Shown in pieces: positions 7,856 through 17,330 of a DNA stretch of 64,000 nucleotides; within the stretch, counting starts at the first letter, position 1; every line of letters begins with the position of its first letter. The notes under the pieces were generated by a model. That model made no database searches. It was given only the letters and a program-made list of their open reading frames with translations, and was not told the origin of the DNA. Position numbers and translations under genes: made by a program. The DNA is from Thermoplasmatales archaeon (GTDB lineage Archaea; Thermoplasmatota; E2; DHVEG-1): positions 1,316,889 to 1,380,888 of the forward strand of contig CP070724.1 in NCBI GenBank assembly GCA_020350825.1. Direction: 5' to 3'.

Positions 7856-8581
7856 TCATCTCATAAAATTCCACGCGTTATTAAGATATCTTTCTTTCAG
7901 TAATTTATCTATTAAATTATTTTCATATGTTGAAAACGTAGTTTTTTCAATAATGGTATTAAAGTACATTTCAAATTCTTTTATCAATCCTTCTTTGATA
8001 TCTCTCATAGAAGGTGCATTACCAATTTCCTTACTAATAGTTGATACCTTTTCATTTTTAGGTTTTTTAAGCACTGTGTTCATTAACTCTAAATTGGTAT
8101 CAATAAGGAGAGATCCATGTATAAGTACAATATTACCTTTTTTAATCTGAGCCGAACCTGAAATTTTTTTTCTGTTGAGAAGAATGTCATTTGGCGGTTT
8201 GTAGACAGTATCTATATCAAATCTTTCTAACATATTTACAAGGGACATACAAACATTTTCAAATATATCCTGAGATGATTTTAACTCCTTACTATCCATA
8301 TCGAATACCAAACTGTAAATGAGACACTTCTTATCAGTATATATTGTACCTCCCCCTGTTGTTCTCCTTACTATTTTCACATTGTTTTTTAAACATTCCT
8401 CCAGGTTGATATCCTCATGTATTTTCCTCGATCTGCCGATGGATACCGCTGCAGGTTTTCTTCTGTAGAAATGAAGGGTATTTTCAATCTTCTTTTCTTT
8501 TTTTGCTTGAGATATTGCCTCATCTGCTGCAGTGACATAAAAAGGATCTGCGATGTCTGTGTCTATTAACCTCCAGCCCAT
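7856..8581 (-). CDS. lplA: Lipoate-protein ligase A, catalytic domain only
   Basis: RRTTGGGTIYTD and KISGSAQ motifs. At 241 aa it lacks a C-terminal accessory domain. Confidence 0.85.
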   Translation of the reverse strand: MGWRLIDTDIADPFYVTAADEAISQAKKEKKIENTLHFYRRKPAAVSIGRSRKIHEDINLEECLKNNVKIVRRTTGGGTIYTDKKCLIYSLVFDMDSKELKSSQDIFENVCMSLVNMLERFDIDTVYKPPNDILLNRKKISGSAQIKKGNIVLIHGSLLIDTNLELMNTVLKKPKNEKVSTISKEIGNAPSMRDIKEGLIKEFEMYFNTIIEKTTFSTYENNLIDKLLKERYLNNAWNFMR

Positions 8582-8677
8582 TGAAAATCCCTAATAACTA
8601 AAAAGTTAAATATTGTTTTGTCTATGTTATCCCACTCATAGTATAAGGTGGTTTAGGAGAGTTTAGAAAAGCTACGA

Positions 8678-10468
8678 TTGTTAGGAGGGATAGATTTAAC
8701 TAAAAAAATCCATGTAATTTCGATAATCATTGTTGCTTCGATCTTCTTTGCAATGTATGTCAATTGCTTCACGATTAATGCACAAGATGTTTTAGAGATA
8801 ACGGGACCTGTAGATGCTTTTGAAGGAGAAGAAATAGAATTTACTGTAACACTTGATGGAGAGCCAATACAAGCAAAGGTAATCTTCGGAAATTCATTAT
8901 TTGTAAACTGGACAAATAGCTCCACGGGGATAATCAGATTTACAATGCCTCCAGCTCCAATCGAAGATAAAGAATATGTAGTAAAAGCCGAAGTTCTTGG
9001 GGGGTTAAATGCCAATCATTCAATTCTTGTGAAGAATAGAACGGGAATCTTAAAAATTGAACTTTCAACAGATTATATAATTGAGATGGAGAAATTTAAT
9101 GTAACTGTCAAAGACAGAGATGAACATGTAATTAGAGCTAATGTATGGTTTAATTCTGCTAAGTATGTTACTGATTCTGAAGGCAATGTAACTCTTATTG
9201 CACCCGACATTCTGATAACCACTAACTATGGAATCAGTGTGAACAAAACAGGTTATAAGTCAAATTCAACAATGATAACAATAAATGAAGTGGATCTTGG
9301 ATTAAAGCTGATGGAGGTTATTCATCCATCTATAGTCGAGCCAGGTGTAGCAAATATTGAAGTAAATGTTATTGGTAAATACGGTAGTTTAGAAAATGTA
9401 ACCATAGAAATTTATTATGAAAATTCAAAATATTCTGAATATAAAACTGATAGGAAAGGAAGAGTCTCCATACAAGCTCCTTCAATTAATAATGACAATT
9501 ATTTTTCACTTTATGTTAGTAAAGATGGATATAGCATGTATAATGTTGAGAAAGAGATAACAGTTAGCTTATTTTCCCGGGATCTGGGGTCTGATCTAGA
9601 AATTTCATTAACTCCATCTGAAGTATATGAAGGGGATTTAGTTAAGGCTGAGGTTACTGACGATATAGGTTTAAGTGTTGAAGGGGTGACTATCTGGAAG
9701 GGATATTTAGAACTTGATGTAACAACGGATTCAATGGGAAGAGCAGAATTCATTGCTCCTTCGGTTTTCATGGATAGAGAATATCACATCTATGCAATTA
9801 AAAAAGGATATAATTATGCAGAGAGCAAGATTACTCTAAGAGATAGAATTTCTAATCTAGAAAAGTTGACTATTGAAATTGAAACAGTAATTAACGAATC
9901 AGAAGTCTTTTATGTGACAATAAAAGATGAGAGTAACATTCCTTTAGAAGAAGTAAGTACAATATTTAATTCAGAAGAAATACTAACGAATGAAAATGGC
10001 ACCGCCTCTTTTACAGCACCAAATGTAACTATTGATACATTTTATTCTGTAGAGTGTAGTAAATATGGATACCTTCCTTCGTCCACATCGATAGAGGTTA
10101 TAAATTTGGATGGTGATGTTTCTTCTAGAAAAATACAGATATGCATTGCACCGTATGTTATGGAGAGCAATGAATTTACCGTAACAATAAGAGATGATCA
10201 AGGTAATCTATTATCTGGCGCACGAGTTACGTTTATGGATATCAGTCTGGTCACAGATTTTAAAGGTACGGTAACGTTTACTGCTCCTGATATTAATTGG
10301 GATAGAATTCAAGAGATTCTTGTTACAAAATTTGCTTACGAATCGACATCTGCAGAAATAACAATTAGAAACAATGAGGAGTTTCAATATTGGTATCTTG
10401 TATTAGTAATTTTAATAATTCTGATAATAGGATTTATTGCGTTTTTTAAATACGGACGTATAGTTTAG
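8678..10468 (+). CDS. Cell-surface protein with six tandem beta-sandwich-type repeats and a C-terminal TM anchor
   Basis: Signal/anchor-like N-terminus. The motif [TN]-x-x-x-G-x-x-x-[FI]-x-[AM]-P occurs six times: IIRFTMPPAP, TDSEGNVTLIAPD, TDRKGRVSIQAPS, TDSMGRAEFIAPS, TNENGTASFTAPN and TDFKGTVTFTAPD. The C-terminal helix is YWYLVLVILIILIIGFIAFF. The start as listed is TTG. Confidence 0.7.
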   Translation: MLGGIDLTKKIHVISIIIVASIFFAMYVNCFTINAQDVLEITGPVDAFEGEEIEFTVTLDGEPIQAKVIFGNSLFVNWTNSSTGIIRFTMPPAPIEDKEYVVKAEVLGGLNANHSILVKNRTGILKIELSTDYIIEMEKFNVTVKDRDEHVIRANVWFNSAKYVTDSEGNVTLIAPDILITTNYGISVNKTGYKSNSTMITINEVDLGLKLMEVIHPSIVEPGVANIEVNVIGKYGSLENVTIEIYYENSKYSEYKTDRKGRVSIQAPSINNDNYFSLYVSKDGYSMYNVEKEITVSLFSRDLGSDLEISLTPSEVYEGDLVKAEVTDDIGLSVEGVTIWKGYLELDVTTDSMGRAEFIAPSVFMDREYHIYAIKKGYNYAESKITLRDRISNLEKLTIEIETVINESEVFYVTIKDESNIPLEEVSTIFNSEEILTNENGTASFTAPNVTIDTFYSVECSKYGYLPSSTSIEVINLDGDVSSRKIQICIAPYVMESNEFTVTIRDDQGNLLSGARVTFMDISLVTDFKGTVTFTAPDINWDRIQEILVTKFAYESTSAEITIRNNEEFQYWYLVLVILIILIIGFIAFFKYGRIV

Positions 10469-10607
10469 ATTAAAAGATAAATAACTGATCGAAAAAAAAG
10501 CATCCAATTTCATATAAATTATTATTGGTTATTCCTGTTTTTATTTTATACCAAACATTTAAATTCGATTACCTGATTACAACTCTTATATTTTGGGGGA
10601 AAAGAAA

Positions 10608-12023
10608 ATGAAAAAGAAAATAATGGGTATATTTATCTGTACGCTGTTAATTGCAGCTGCTGTTTTACCAGTAGCTGGAACTATAGAAAGTAAAAATATA
10701 AGGAAGGTGAATCCTAAGAGAGGTATGCTGTTGCAACCGCCTGAAACATGGAATAAGACATTCGGTATAATCACTGCAGACAATGGATATTTCGTGCAAG
10801 AGACCACTGATGGAGGTTATATCGTTGTGGGCTCGACCTATTCCGGGGGAATTCCTGATGTCTATTTGATCAAAACTGATGCCAATGGAATCAAACAATG
10901 GGATTCAACACCATTTTCTGGAGGTATTGGTTATTGTGTTCAGCAGACTACCGATGGTGGTTACATCATAACAGGTTCAACCTTCGGAATTAGTGATGCT
11001 TTGTTGGTTAAGACAGATGCAAATGGCGTTGAACAATGGAATACAACCTTTGGTGCGACTAAATTTGATGCTGGCTATTCCGTTAAGCAGACAACAGACG
11101 GAGGGTACATCATAGCAGGTGCATATACATACGTTCCTCCACCGGGAACTTATGATGCCTGGTTGATTAAGACTGACTCTAACGGCGTTCAACAATGGGA
11201 TCAAAAATTTGGTGGTACTTTTTCAGATTATGCCTATTCAGTACAGCAGACGAGTGATGGAGGCTATATTCTTGCAGGCTCAACCAATCCCACTAATACT
11301 AACGATGATGTCTATTTAATCAAAACCGATGCATCTGGAAATCCGATGTGGACGAAATCCTATGGAGGGGGAAATGATGATTACGGCCAATCAGTTCAAC
11401 AGACTGGTGACGGAGGTTATATTATAGCAGGATGGACTGATTCCTTTGGTGCAGGACTCACTGATGTTTATTTGATTAAGACTGATGCAAGTGGGAACAC
11501 TGGATGGACAAAGACATATGGAGGGGCAAATTACGATGACGGCAGATCTGTCTGGCAGACTTCAGATGGAGGGTACATCATAGCAGGCTCAACCTCCTCT
11601 TTCGGAGCTGGATTTAGTGATATTTATCTGATAAAAACCGATACAACTGGCAATGAGCAGTGGAATGAAACCTTTGGTGGAGCACAAAATGACCATGGTT
11701 ATTGGGCCCAGGAAACCACTGATGGTGGCTACATCATCGTAGGAGATACAAGTTCTTATGGCGCAGGATCTTCTGATGTTTGGTTAATAAAAATTGGAGG
11801 AGCAGGACCCACATTAAAATCCACATTCCTTCTAGGATTAATTACCAACCTCAACACAGGTGTAACACAATCCACATTTGATTCAGTTATCTTATTGTAT
11901 TTACAGTTCAATCCATTCAATTTTGGAATATATAGCTCTGGTGAGACGGTAACGGTATCGAATCAGTACAGTGGAATCTTAACCCAAAGTTTTGCAATTG
12001 GATTTTTCAACACTGATATCTAA
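10608..12023 (+). CDS. Secreted seven-repeat (beta-propeller-like) protein with the shared C-terminal module
   Basis: Signal peptide MKKKIMGIFICTLLIAAAVLPVAG. There are seven repeats of Q(T/E)TDGGYI(I/V)(A/V)G...D(V/A)(Y/W)LIKTD..G...W. The listed ORF starts at 10593 (TTG); the ATG at 10608 is preferred. Confidence 0.75.
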   Translation: MKKKIMGIFICTLLIAAAVLPVAGTIESKNIRKVNPKRGMLLQPPETWNKTFGIITADNGYFVQETTDGGYIVVGSTYSGGIPDVYLIKTDANGIKQWDSTPFSGGIGYCVQQTTDGGYIITGSTFGISDALLVKTDANGVEQWNTTFGATKFDAGYSVKQTTDGGYIIAGAYTYVPPPGTYDAWLIKTDSNGVQQWDQKFGGTFSDYAYSVQQTSDGGYILAGSTNPTNTNDDVYLIKTDASGNPMWTKSYGGGNDDYGQSVQQTGDGGYIIAGWTDSFGAGLTDVYLIKTDASGNTGWTKTYGGANYDDGRSVWQTSDGGYIIAGSTSSFGAGFSDIYLIKTDTTGNEQWNETFGGAQNDHGYWAQETTDGGYIIVGDTSSYGAGSSDVWLIKIGGAGPTLKSTFLLGLITNLNTGVTQSTFDSVILLYLQFNPFNFGIYSSGETVTVSNQYSGILTQSFAIGFFNTDI

Positions 12024-12033
12024 AAAATCTCTC

Positions 12034-12040
12034 TTTTTTT
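12034..12040 (+). terminator. Oligo-T tract (T7) 10 nt after the stop codon
   Basis: ctcttttttt follows the stop at 12021-12023. Confidence 0.3.
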
Positions 12041-12116
12041 CTTTATTAATTTCATATTATCGTTTATAAAAATTCAAACAGTATCTCCTTATGTTACAAA
12101 GAGTATCAACTAATAT

Positions 12117-13109
12117 TTACATTATATGAATATTTTGTCTATTAGCATAATTCTTTACCAGCATATATTCTTTTGTTGATAGAGATCTTGCTATATCCTC
12201 ATATTCAAAAGCATGAAATTCTGGTTTATACTGAGCCATCACATTCACAGCAACTTCAGGTACATTTTTACTAATCCATTGTAAAATCGGCTCAGAACAA
12301 CATTTTACATGATTTGGTACAACAAGATGTCGAATGATTATTTCTCCATGTTTGTATGCTATTTTATGGTTTCTTTTTACTATCTTGGTATAGTTGTCAA
12401 CCTTGGATAGTCGTTTAGCGCATTCATCGTTCCCATATTTAAAATCAGTAAGATAGACATCGATTATTCCATGTAATAATTTCATGGTTTCCTCGGAACA
12501 ATACATATTTGAGTTCCATACCTGAGGTATGTTTTCTTTACATTCTTTTAAGACTCTAAGAATGTAGGCTAGATTTGATGTTGGATCTCCACCAACCCAA
12601 TTAACATTTCTTGCTCCTTCATTTTTTCTTTTATTAATTGCAGTTGCAAGTATCTTTGGCTTTACGTACAAACCACAGTCTTTCTGACTAATATCCCAGT
12701 TCTGACAAAAAACACAGTGAAAGGTACAACCAGAAAAAAATACTGTATAAGATGGAACAAGAACATTTTCTTCGCCATAATGCAGAAACTCTGAGGCAAT
12801 TCTTGCTTCTTTTACTCCACAGTTTCCATATGTTTTTTTTCTATCAATCCTACATCTTCGTTCGCATAAAATACAATTTTGAAATATTCGGTTTGCAAGT
12901 TCAATTTTAAGGTCAAGAAGCGATGTTTCTGGTTCTGTTTCGTTTATTTCCTTTTTTTTGAGACTGTTATCATGTTTATTCCATAAGTTATTAGTTGATT
13001 CATTAATATCAAAAGTAACAGGAGTATTTTTACATTGAATATAGTGTGTGATTTTGTTTTCTTCTAAAATATTTAAGTAATTTGAGAGTATGCTTCTAAA
13101 ATCACTCAT
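12117..13109 (-). CDS. Radical SAM protein, PflX-like (pyruvate formate-lyase activase homologue family)
   Basis: CxxxCxxC motif in FFSGCTFHCVFCQNWDIS, plus an N-terminal Cys cluster CILCERRCRIDRKKTYGNCG. Confidence 0.75.
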   Translation of the reverse strand: MSDFRSILSNYLNILEENKITHYIQCKNTPVTFDINESTNNLWNKHDNSLKKKEINETEPETSLLDLKIELANRIFQNCILCERRCRIDRKKTYGNCGVKEARIASEFLHYGEENVLVPSYTVFFSGCTFHCVFCQNWDISQKDCGLYVKPKILATAINKRKNEGARNVNWVGGDPTSNLAYILRVLKECKENIPQVWNSNMYCSEETMKLLHGIIDVYLTDFKYGNDECAKRLSKVDNYTKIVKRNHKIAYKHGEIIIRHLVVPNHVKCCSEPILQWISKNVPEVAVNVMAQYKPEFHAFEYEDIARSLSTKEYMLVKNYANRQNIHIM

Positions 13110-13216
13110 GTTAATTTGTATAACGTTAACGCATTAAAAACTATTTTTTCATTATTTAATTGTTACTTTTATCGGTTCATATAAAATAGGAAAAAATAAA
13201 AAAGAGGAATTTTAAA

Positions 13217-14296
13217 TTATATTACGTAAGGTTCTAACATTGGATTCCGATCAAAGTTAAGCCTAAAGATTATTCCTCCTCGTATTACCTTTGGAAATAT
13301 TTGAAAAATCGGTATTTTTAATCCAATCCAGTCATCCCAGTAGTTTTCATCCCAAGTATTTCTTTTACTTGCTTTGTAAACTGCATTTTTCTTATTCTCA
13401 ATAAAGTTATTTTTTTCGATTATGTTGTTATTGCTAAGGGTTGTTAAAAGTAAGCCCTCCATATCATTGTCCTGGATGTTATTGCTTTCTATGATATTTT
13501 GACTACTAGCTGAAAGTTTTATACCAATTTGATTATCTGTAATATTATTCCCAACAAGAGTATTGTCAGTACTTAATGCTCCGATTGTGATGCCTTCGAG
13601 GTTATTATTTGATACTATGTTACCTTCAATAGAATTTTGAACACTTGCAGCAGTAAGTTGTATACCAACTTTGTTTTCTAGCACGTCGTTATTAATAATA
13701 TCATTTTGATCAGATTCCTGTAATTCAATACCAACAACTTCACTATTTAATATTATGCTATCTGAAATTTCAACACGCTTTGTTGTTAGCAATAAAAGTA
13801 TACCCCTAGCACAGTCTACTATTTTGTTATTCGTAAGAACAATATCCTGTTTTAATTCAGTAACACGTATTCCATCTAGCTCATTTGAATTTCCATCAAC
13901 CGTGAAACCATTCATTTCTACATCGCTAGAGAGAACCGTAACAACTGCATCCTCACCTGGTACTCCTAAAATGATTGTACTATCTCTATCTTCTCCAATC
14001 AAGGTAATCTTTTTCTCCTGTATCAAAGTTCCGATTCTAATATTTTCATTATATGTACCGTTGTACACATAAACATTATCAAAATTAACTGCAGCATCAA
14101 TGCCATCCTGAATTTTATTGAAATGAGTTACATTCCATCCTGGTGTTGATTCATTAAAGTCATCGTCGACGTAAATGTCACCTTTGGTTAATGGTGAAAA
14201 GCTGTTCTTTAATTTAGTATTTGCACTTATACTCGGTAAAACACCTGCTCCAAAAATCAATACTATTGCAATTAATACCACAATCTTATTCTTCAT
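13217..14296 (-). CDS. Secreted right-handed parallel beta-helix repeat protein (NosD/PbH1-like)
   Basis: Signal peptide, then repeated N-x-I-x-x-N units such as NNITDNQIGIKL and SNNIQDNDMEGL. A GGAGG SD precedes the ATG at 14296; the listed ORF extends to 14314. Confidence 0.7.
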   Translation of the reverse strand: MKNKIVVLIAIVLIFGAGVLPSISANTKLKNSFSPLTKGDIYVDDDFNESTPGWNVTHFNKIQDGIDAAVNFDNVYVYNGTYNENIRIGTLIQEKKITLIGEDRDSTIILGVPGEDAVVTVLSSDVEMNGFTVDGNSNELDGIRVTELKQDIVLTNNKIVDCARGILLLLTTKRVEISDSIILNSEVVGIELQESDQNDIINNDVLENKVGIQLTAASVQNSIEGNIVSNNNLEGITIGALSTDNTLVGNNITDNQIGIKLSASSQNIIESNNIQDNDMEGLLLTTLSNNNIIEKNNFIENKKNAVYKASKRNTWDENYWDDWIGLKIPIFQIFPKVIRGGIIFRLNFDRNPMLEPYVI

Positions 14297-14409
14297 TTTG
14301 TTCCTCCCATGCAAATTCGTACAAATAATATATAATACCTAGTATTTAAAGGTTTATTTTGGTTATAAATAGTAAGTAACAATTTTTACACACTAGCCTA
14401 TTTTTTATA

Positions 14410-15180
14410 TTAATCGATATCTAACTCCATTCCATCTCTTGCTGCAATAACCTTAACTCGATGTTTTTCAGAAAGGTTTTCTGCAATCTCCCATGGTTTC
14501 ATCTTGATCATGGTCATACCAAAATGTGTAAGAATACAAACCTTTGGCTTGTTAACAGATATTATTTTTTCTGCATCTTTAACAGAAAGGTGCCGAATCC
14601 CTTTATTTTCTTTATATCTATCATCATATAAGATAGTGTTTATTATAAGTATTTCACCTGTATAATATGATTCAAGATTTTCAAAGTATTTTGTATCTGT
14701 AATTACTGATATAGAGCAATTTTTGGTATGGATGTTTAAACCATAGGTTTCTACACCATGAATATGTTTTATCGGTGTGGAAAACGAGATATTGCCTAGT
14801 GTGTAACTTTCTTTTTCTTTTAATATCTCAATTTTATGAACATAATCTTTAACATATTTAAAAATCACAGGGTCTTCTTCCAATGCATCGCTTGGGGCAA
14901 AAACAATGCCTTTTTTCTTAAATCCTCCATTTGTCATAGCTTCTATCATAACATTAATATCATTTGAATGATCAATATGACGATGTGTCAGTATTATACC
15001 ATCTAAATCTCTAGGATTTAATTTGGGTCTACTTGAAAGACATCGAACTAAACAACCTGGACCTGGGTCAACCAATATTTTTGTGTCATCAAGAGTCATC
15101 CATATACCTCCAGATGCACGTAATTGTTTCATGACAACAAAGCGTGCACCAGCAGTTCCTAAGAATTTAATTTTATTCAT
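14410..15180 (-). CDS. MBL-fold metallo-hydrolase
   Basis: THRHIDHSND (HxHxDH) motif. Confidence 0.75.
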   Translation of the reverse strand: MNKIKFLGTAGARFVVMKQLRASGGIWMTLDDTKILVDPGPGCLVRCLSSRPKLNPRDLDGIILTHRHIDHSNDINVMIEAMTNGGFKKKGIVFAPSDALEEDPVIFKYVKDYVHKIEILKEKESYTLGNISFSTPIKHIHGVETYGLNIHTKNCSISVITDTKYFENLESYYTGEILIINTILYDDRYKENKGIRHLSVKDAEKIISVNKPKVCILTHFGMTMIKMKPWEIAENLSEKHRVKVIAARDGMELDID

Positions 15181-15254
15181 GATTTCCCTGTTAATCTAGA
15201 TTCTGACTTTATTTTTAAAGAAAATTATTAACAAGACGTACCATATACCTATTT

Positions 15255-16187
15255 ATGAATCTTTTTAAATATACCTACGATTTGGTACGGCAGATCCCTA
15301 AAGGAAAAATCTCTACATATGGAGCAGTAGCAAAGGCATTGGGAAATATAAATGCTTCAAGAGCAGTGGGACGTATGATGAATCAAAATCCTGATGCAGA
15401 TGATATGCCTTGTTATAAAATCGTACATTCCGATGGTAGACTTGGCGGATTTGGATTAGGAATAGATGATAAAATTAGAAGGTTAAAAGAAGATAACATA
15501 TTTGTAAAAGACGGGGAAATCGTTGATTTTGAATATGTGTTATTTGATGATTTTAAAACAGATTATCCTTTGGAGAAATTACGGCAGGAACAAATTGATT
15601 TGAGTAAAAAGGTAAAGATAGAAGACGATTTTAACAAGATATTAACTATTGCTGGTTTTGATGTAGCTTACCCCAAGAATGAATTTGATAATGCCTGCGG
15701 CGCGTGTGTTATAATGGATTATAAAACAGGGAAGGTTATAGAAGAAAAAACGGTTTTAGCTAAAACAGATTTTCCATACGTCTCCACATACCTTTTTTAT
15801 AGGGAATTTCCTATTGTTAAAAAACTTATGGAGAATTTAGATTCTAATCCTTCGGTAATTATGTTTGATGGGAATGGTATTCTACATCCTTATAGATCTG
15901 GTTTGGCGTCCCATGCAGGATTATTGTTAGACAGACCAAGCATTGGAGTTGCTAAAAGTCTATTATATGGGAAAGTTGAAGATAATACTATTAAAATAAA
16001 TAATGAAAAGAGAGGCTTTGCTTTGATTACAAAAAGAGCTAAAAAACCAATTTATATCTCTCCAGGGTACAGAGTTTCTCTTAAGACCTGTGTTAGTGTA
16101 GTGAGACAGCTATGTAAATATAAAATTCCTGAACCTTTAAGACTTGCACATACTCTTTCCAAGAAAAGTTTAATTAATAGCAGATAA
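15255..16187 (+). CDS. nfi: Fusion of an MGMT/alkyltransferase-like DNA-binding domain with endonuclease V
   Basis: The N-terminal domain has YGAVAKALGNINASRAVGRMMNQNP...MPCYKIV (compare canonical PCHRV). The C-terminal domain has AGFDVAY and DGNGILHPYRSGLASHAGLLLDRPSIGVAKS, which are EndoV motifs. Confidence 0.8.
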   Translation: MNLFKYTYDLVRQIPKGKISTYGAVAKALGNINASRAVGRMMNQNPDADDMPCYKIVHSDGRLGGFGLGIDDKIRRLKEDNIFVKDGEIVDFEYVLFDDFKTDYPLEKLRQEQIDLSKKVKIEDDFNKILTIAGFDVAYPKNEFDNACGACVIMDYKTGKVIEEKTVLAKTDFPYVSTYLFYREFPIVKKLMENLDSNPSVIMFDGNGILHPYRSGLASHAGLLLDRPSIGVAKSLLYGKVEDNTIKINNEKRGFALITKRAKKPIYISPGYRVSLKTCVSVVRQLCKYKIPEPLRLAHTLSKKSLINSR

Positions 16188-17045
16188 TTCTTTACTAGAT
16201 ATTACAGGTATTCCTTTATTTTGGAACCATTTTTTATATTCTGTTACTTGAGATTTCTTGAGTGCTTTTTTATGGATATATACTGCCTTTACCTTTGGTG
16301 TTGCATCTAGTGTTTTTTCAAACATTTCACTATCGATATTACCTCCCTTTATCTGGTAAGATGGAATCATGTGACCAAAAGCAGCTTTTTTTTCAAATAC
16401 AACATCAGTAAATCGTGGTGCATAGTGTCCACCTCCAATTCCCAATAATATAGGAATGTCATCTGAAAAATCTTCTTCATAATGATATTGTCCTAGTAAT
16501 TCGAGTATTGATTGTGCAATTATTTTTGCTGGTTCTTTTTTGTTCCATTCCCTCTCTGTACTTCCTACTTCAACAAAAAGTGTGGGAGTTCCAAGATAGG
16601 GTCCATGATGGGTAACTTCGTAACAAACTTGATAGACTAGATTTGTTGATAGCAAATTCTTTTTAATAAGTCTTAAAAGATGAGTCATTAACCTAGGAGC
16701 AGACTTAACTAATGTTTTTGATTTTCCTCCAAACTGTGCTTCTCCATAATTACCTATGGGATGTACGGTGAGTGTTGGCATTTCCATTTCGCTTGTATGT
16801 CTAGATATAAATATTGTCTGTTTTGTTTTTATTCCCAGTTTGCTTTCGATTTCTTTATCAAGATTTTCATGTCTTATTTTTCTATCTCTTATCGTTACAA
16901 TTATTATATCTTTCATCGTAGAATATCCGTATACTGGTATATTATCAAAAGATTCTATCTCATCCCATGATGATTGCTCTAAAAGACATCTTTTAATGTT
17001 AGTACTTGCCGGATCCTCTGTAGAAGATACAATTACAACAGTCAT
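16170..17045 (-). CDS. dtdA: Archaeal-type D-aminoacyl-tRNA deacylase (DTD2)
   Basis: N-terminus VVIVSSTEDPASTNIKRCLLE and GIGGGHYAPRFT motif, with a length typical of DtdA. There is a convergent 18-nt overlap with nfi. Confidence 0.7.
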   Translation of the reverse strand: MTVVIVSSTEDPASTNIKRCLLEQSSWDEIESFDNIPVYGYSTMKDIIIVTIRDRKIRHENLDKEIESKLGIKTKQTIFISRHTSEMEMPTLTVHPIGNYGEAQFGGKSKTLVKSAPRLMTHLLRLIKKNLLSTNLVYQVCYEVTHHGPYLGTPTLFVEVGSTEREWNKKEPAKIIAQSILELLGQYHYEEDFSDDIPILLGIGGGHYAPRFTDVVFEKKAAFGHMIPSYQIKGGNIDSEMFEKTLDATPKVKAVYIHKKALKKSQVTEYKKWFQNKGIPVISSKELSAIN

Positions 17046-17330
17046 ATAATAGTTTGAAACAAAAGTTAAGTTTTTTTAATTTACTACAAAATTAGCGTTT
17101 TTCTTCTACCATTTTTTTAAGCTTATCTAAATGTACAATAAAACGGATTCTGGTGTTAATTGTGCAAATCTTAGCAATAAATTTTATTTCGTTTGCTTCT
17201 TCTTCACTTGACAACAGTCCAATTACTCGCATGCGTTGGAGGTTGATTTCCTACTTATAAAGCCTTGTTGTACAAATGTTACCTATTTTATTTTAAAATT
17301 TTTATAAATAAAAAATTGTATATTAAGCTA

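Noticed and set aside
17092-17232. 46-aa minus-strand mini-ORF (MRVIGLLSSEEEANEIKFIAKICTINTRIRFIVHLDKLKKMVEEKR) between dtdA and the YhhQ-like gene.
   Set aside because: It has no motif and no convincing SD. It could be real but cannot be supported from the sequence alone.
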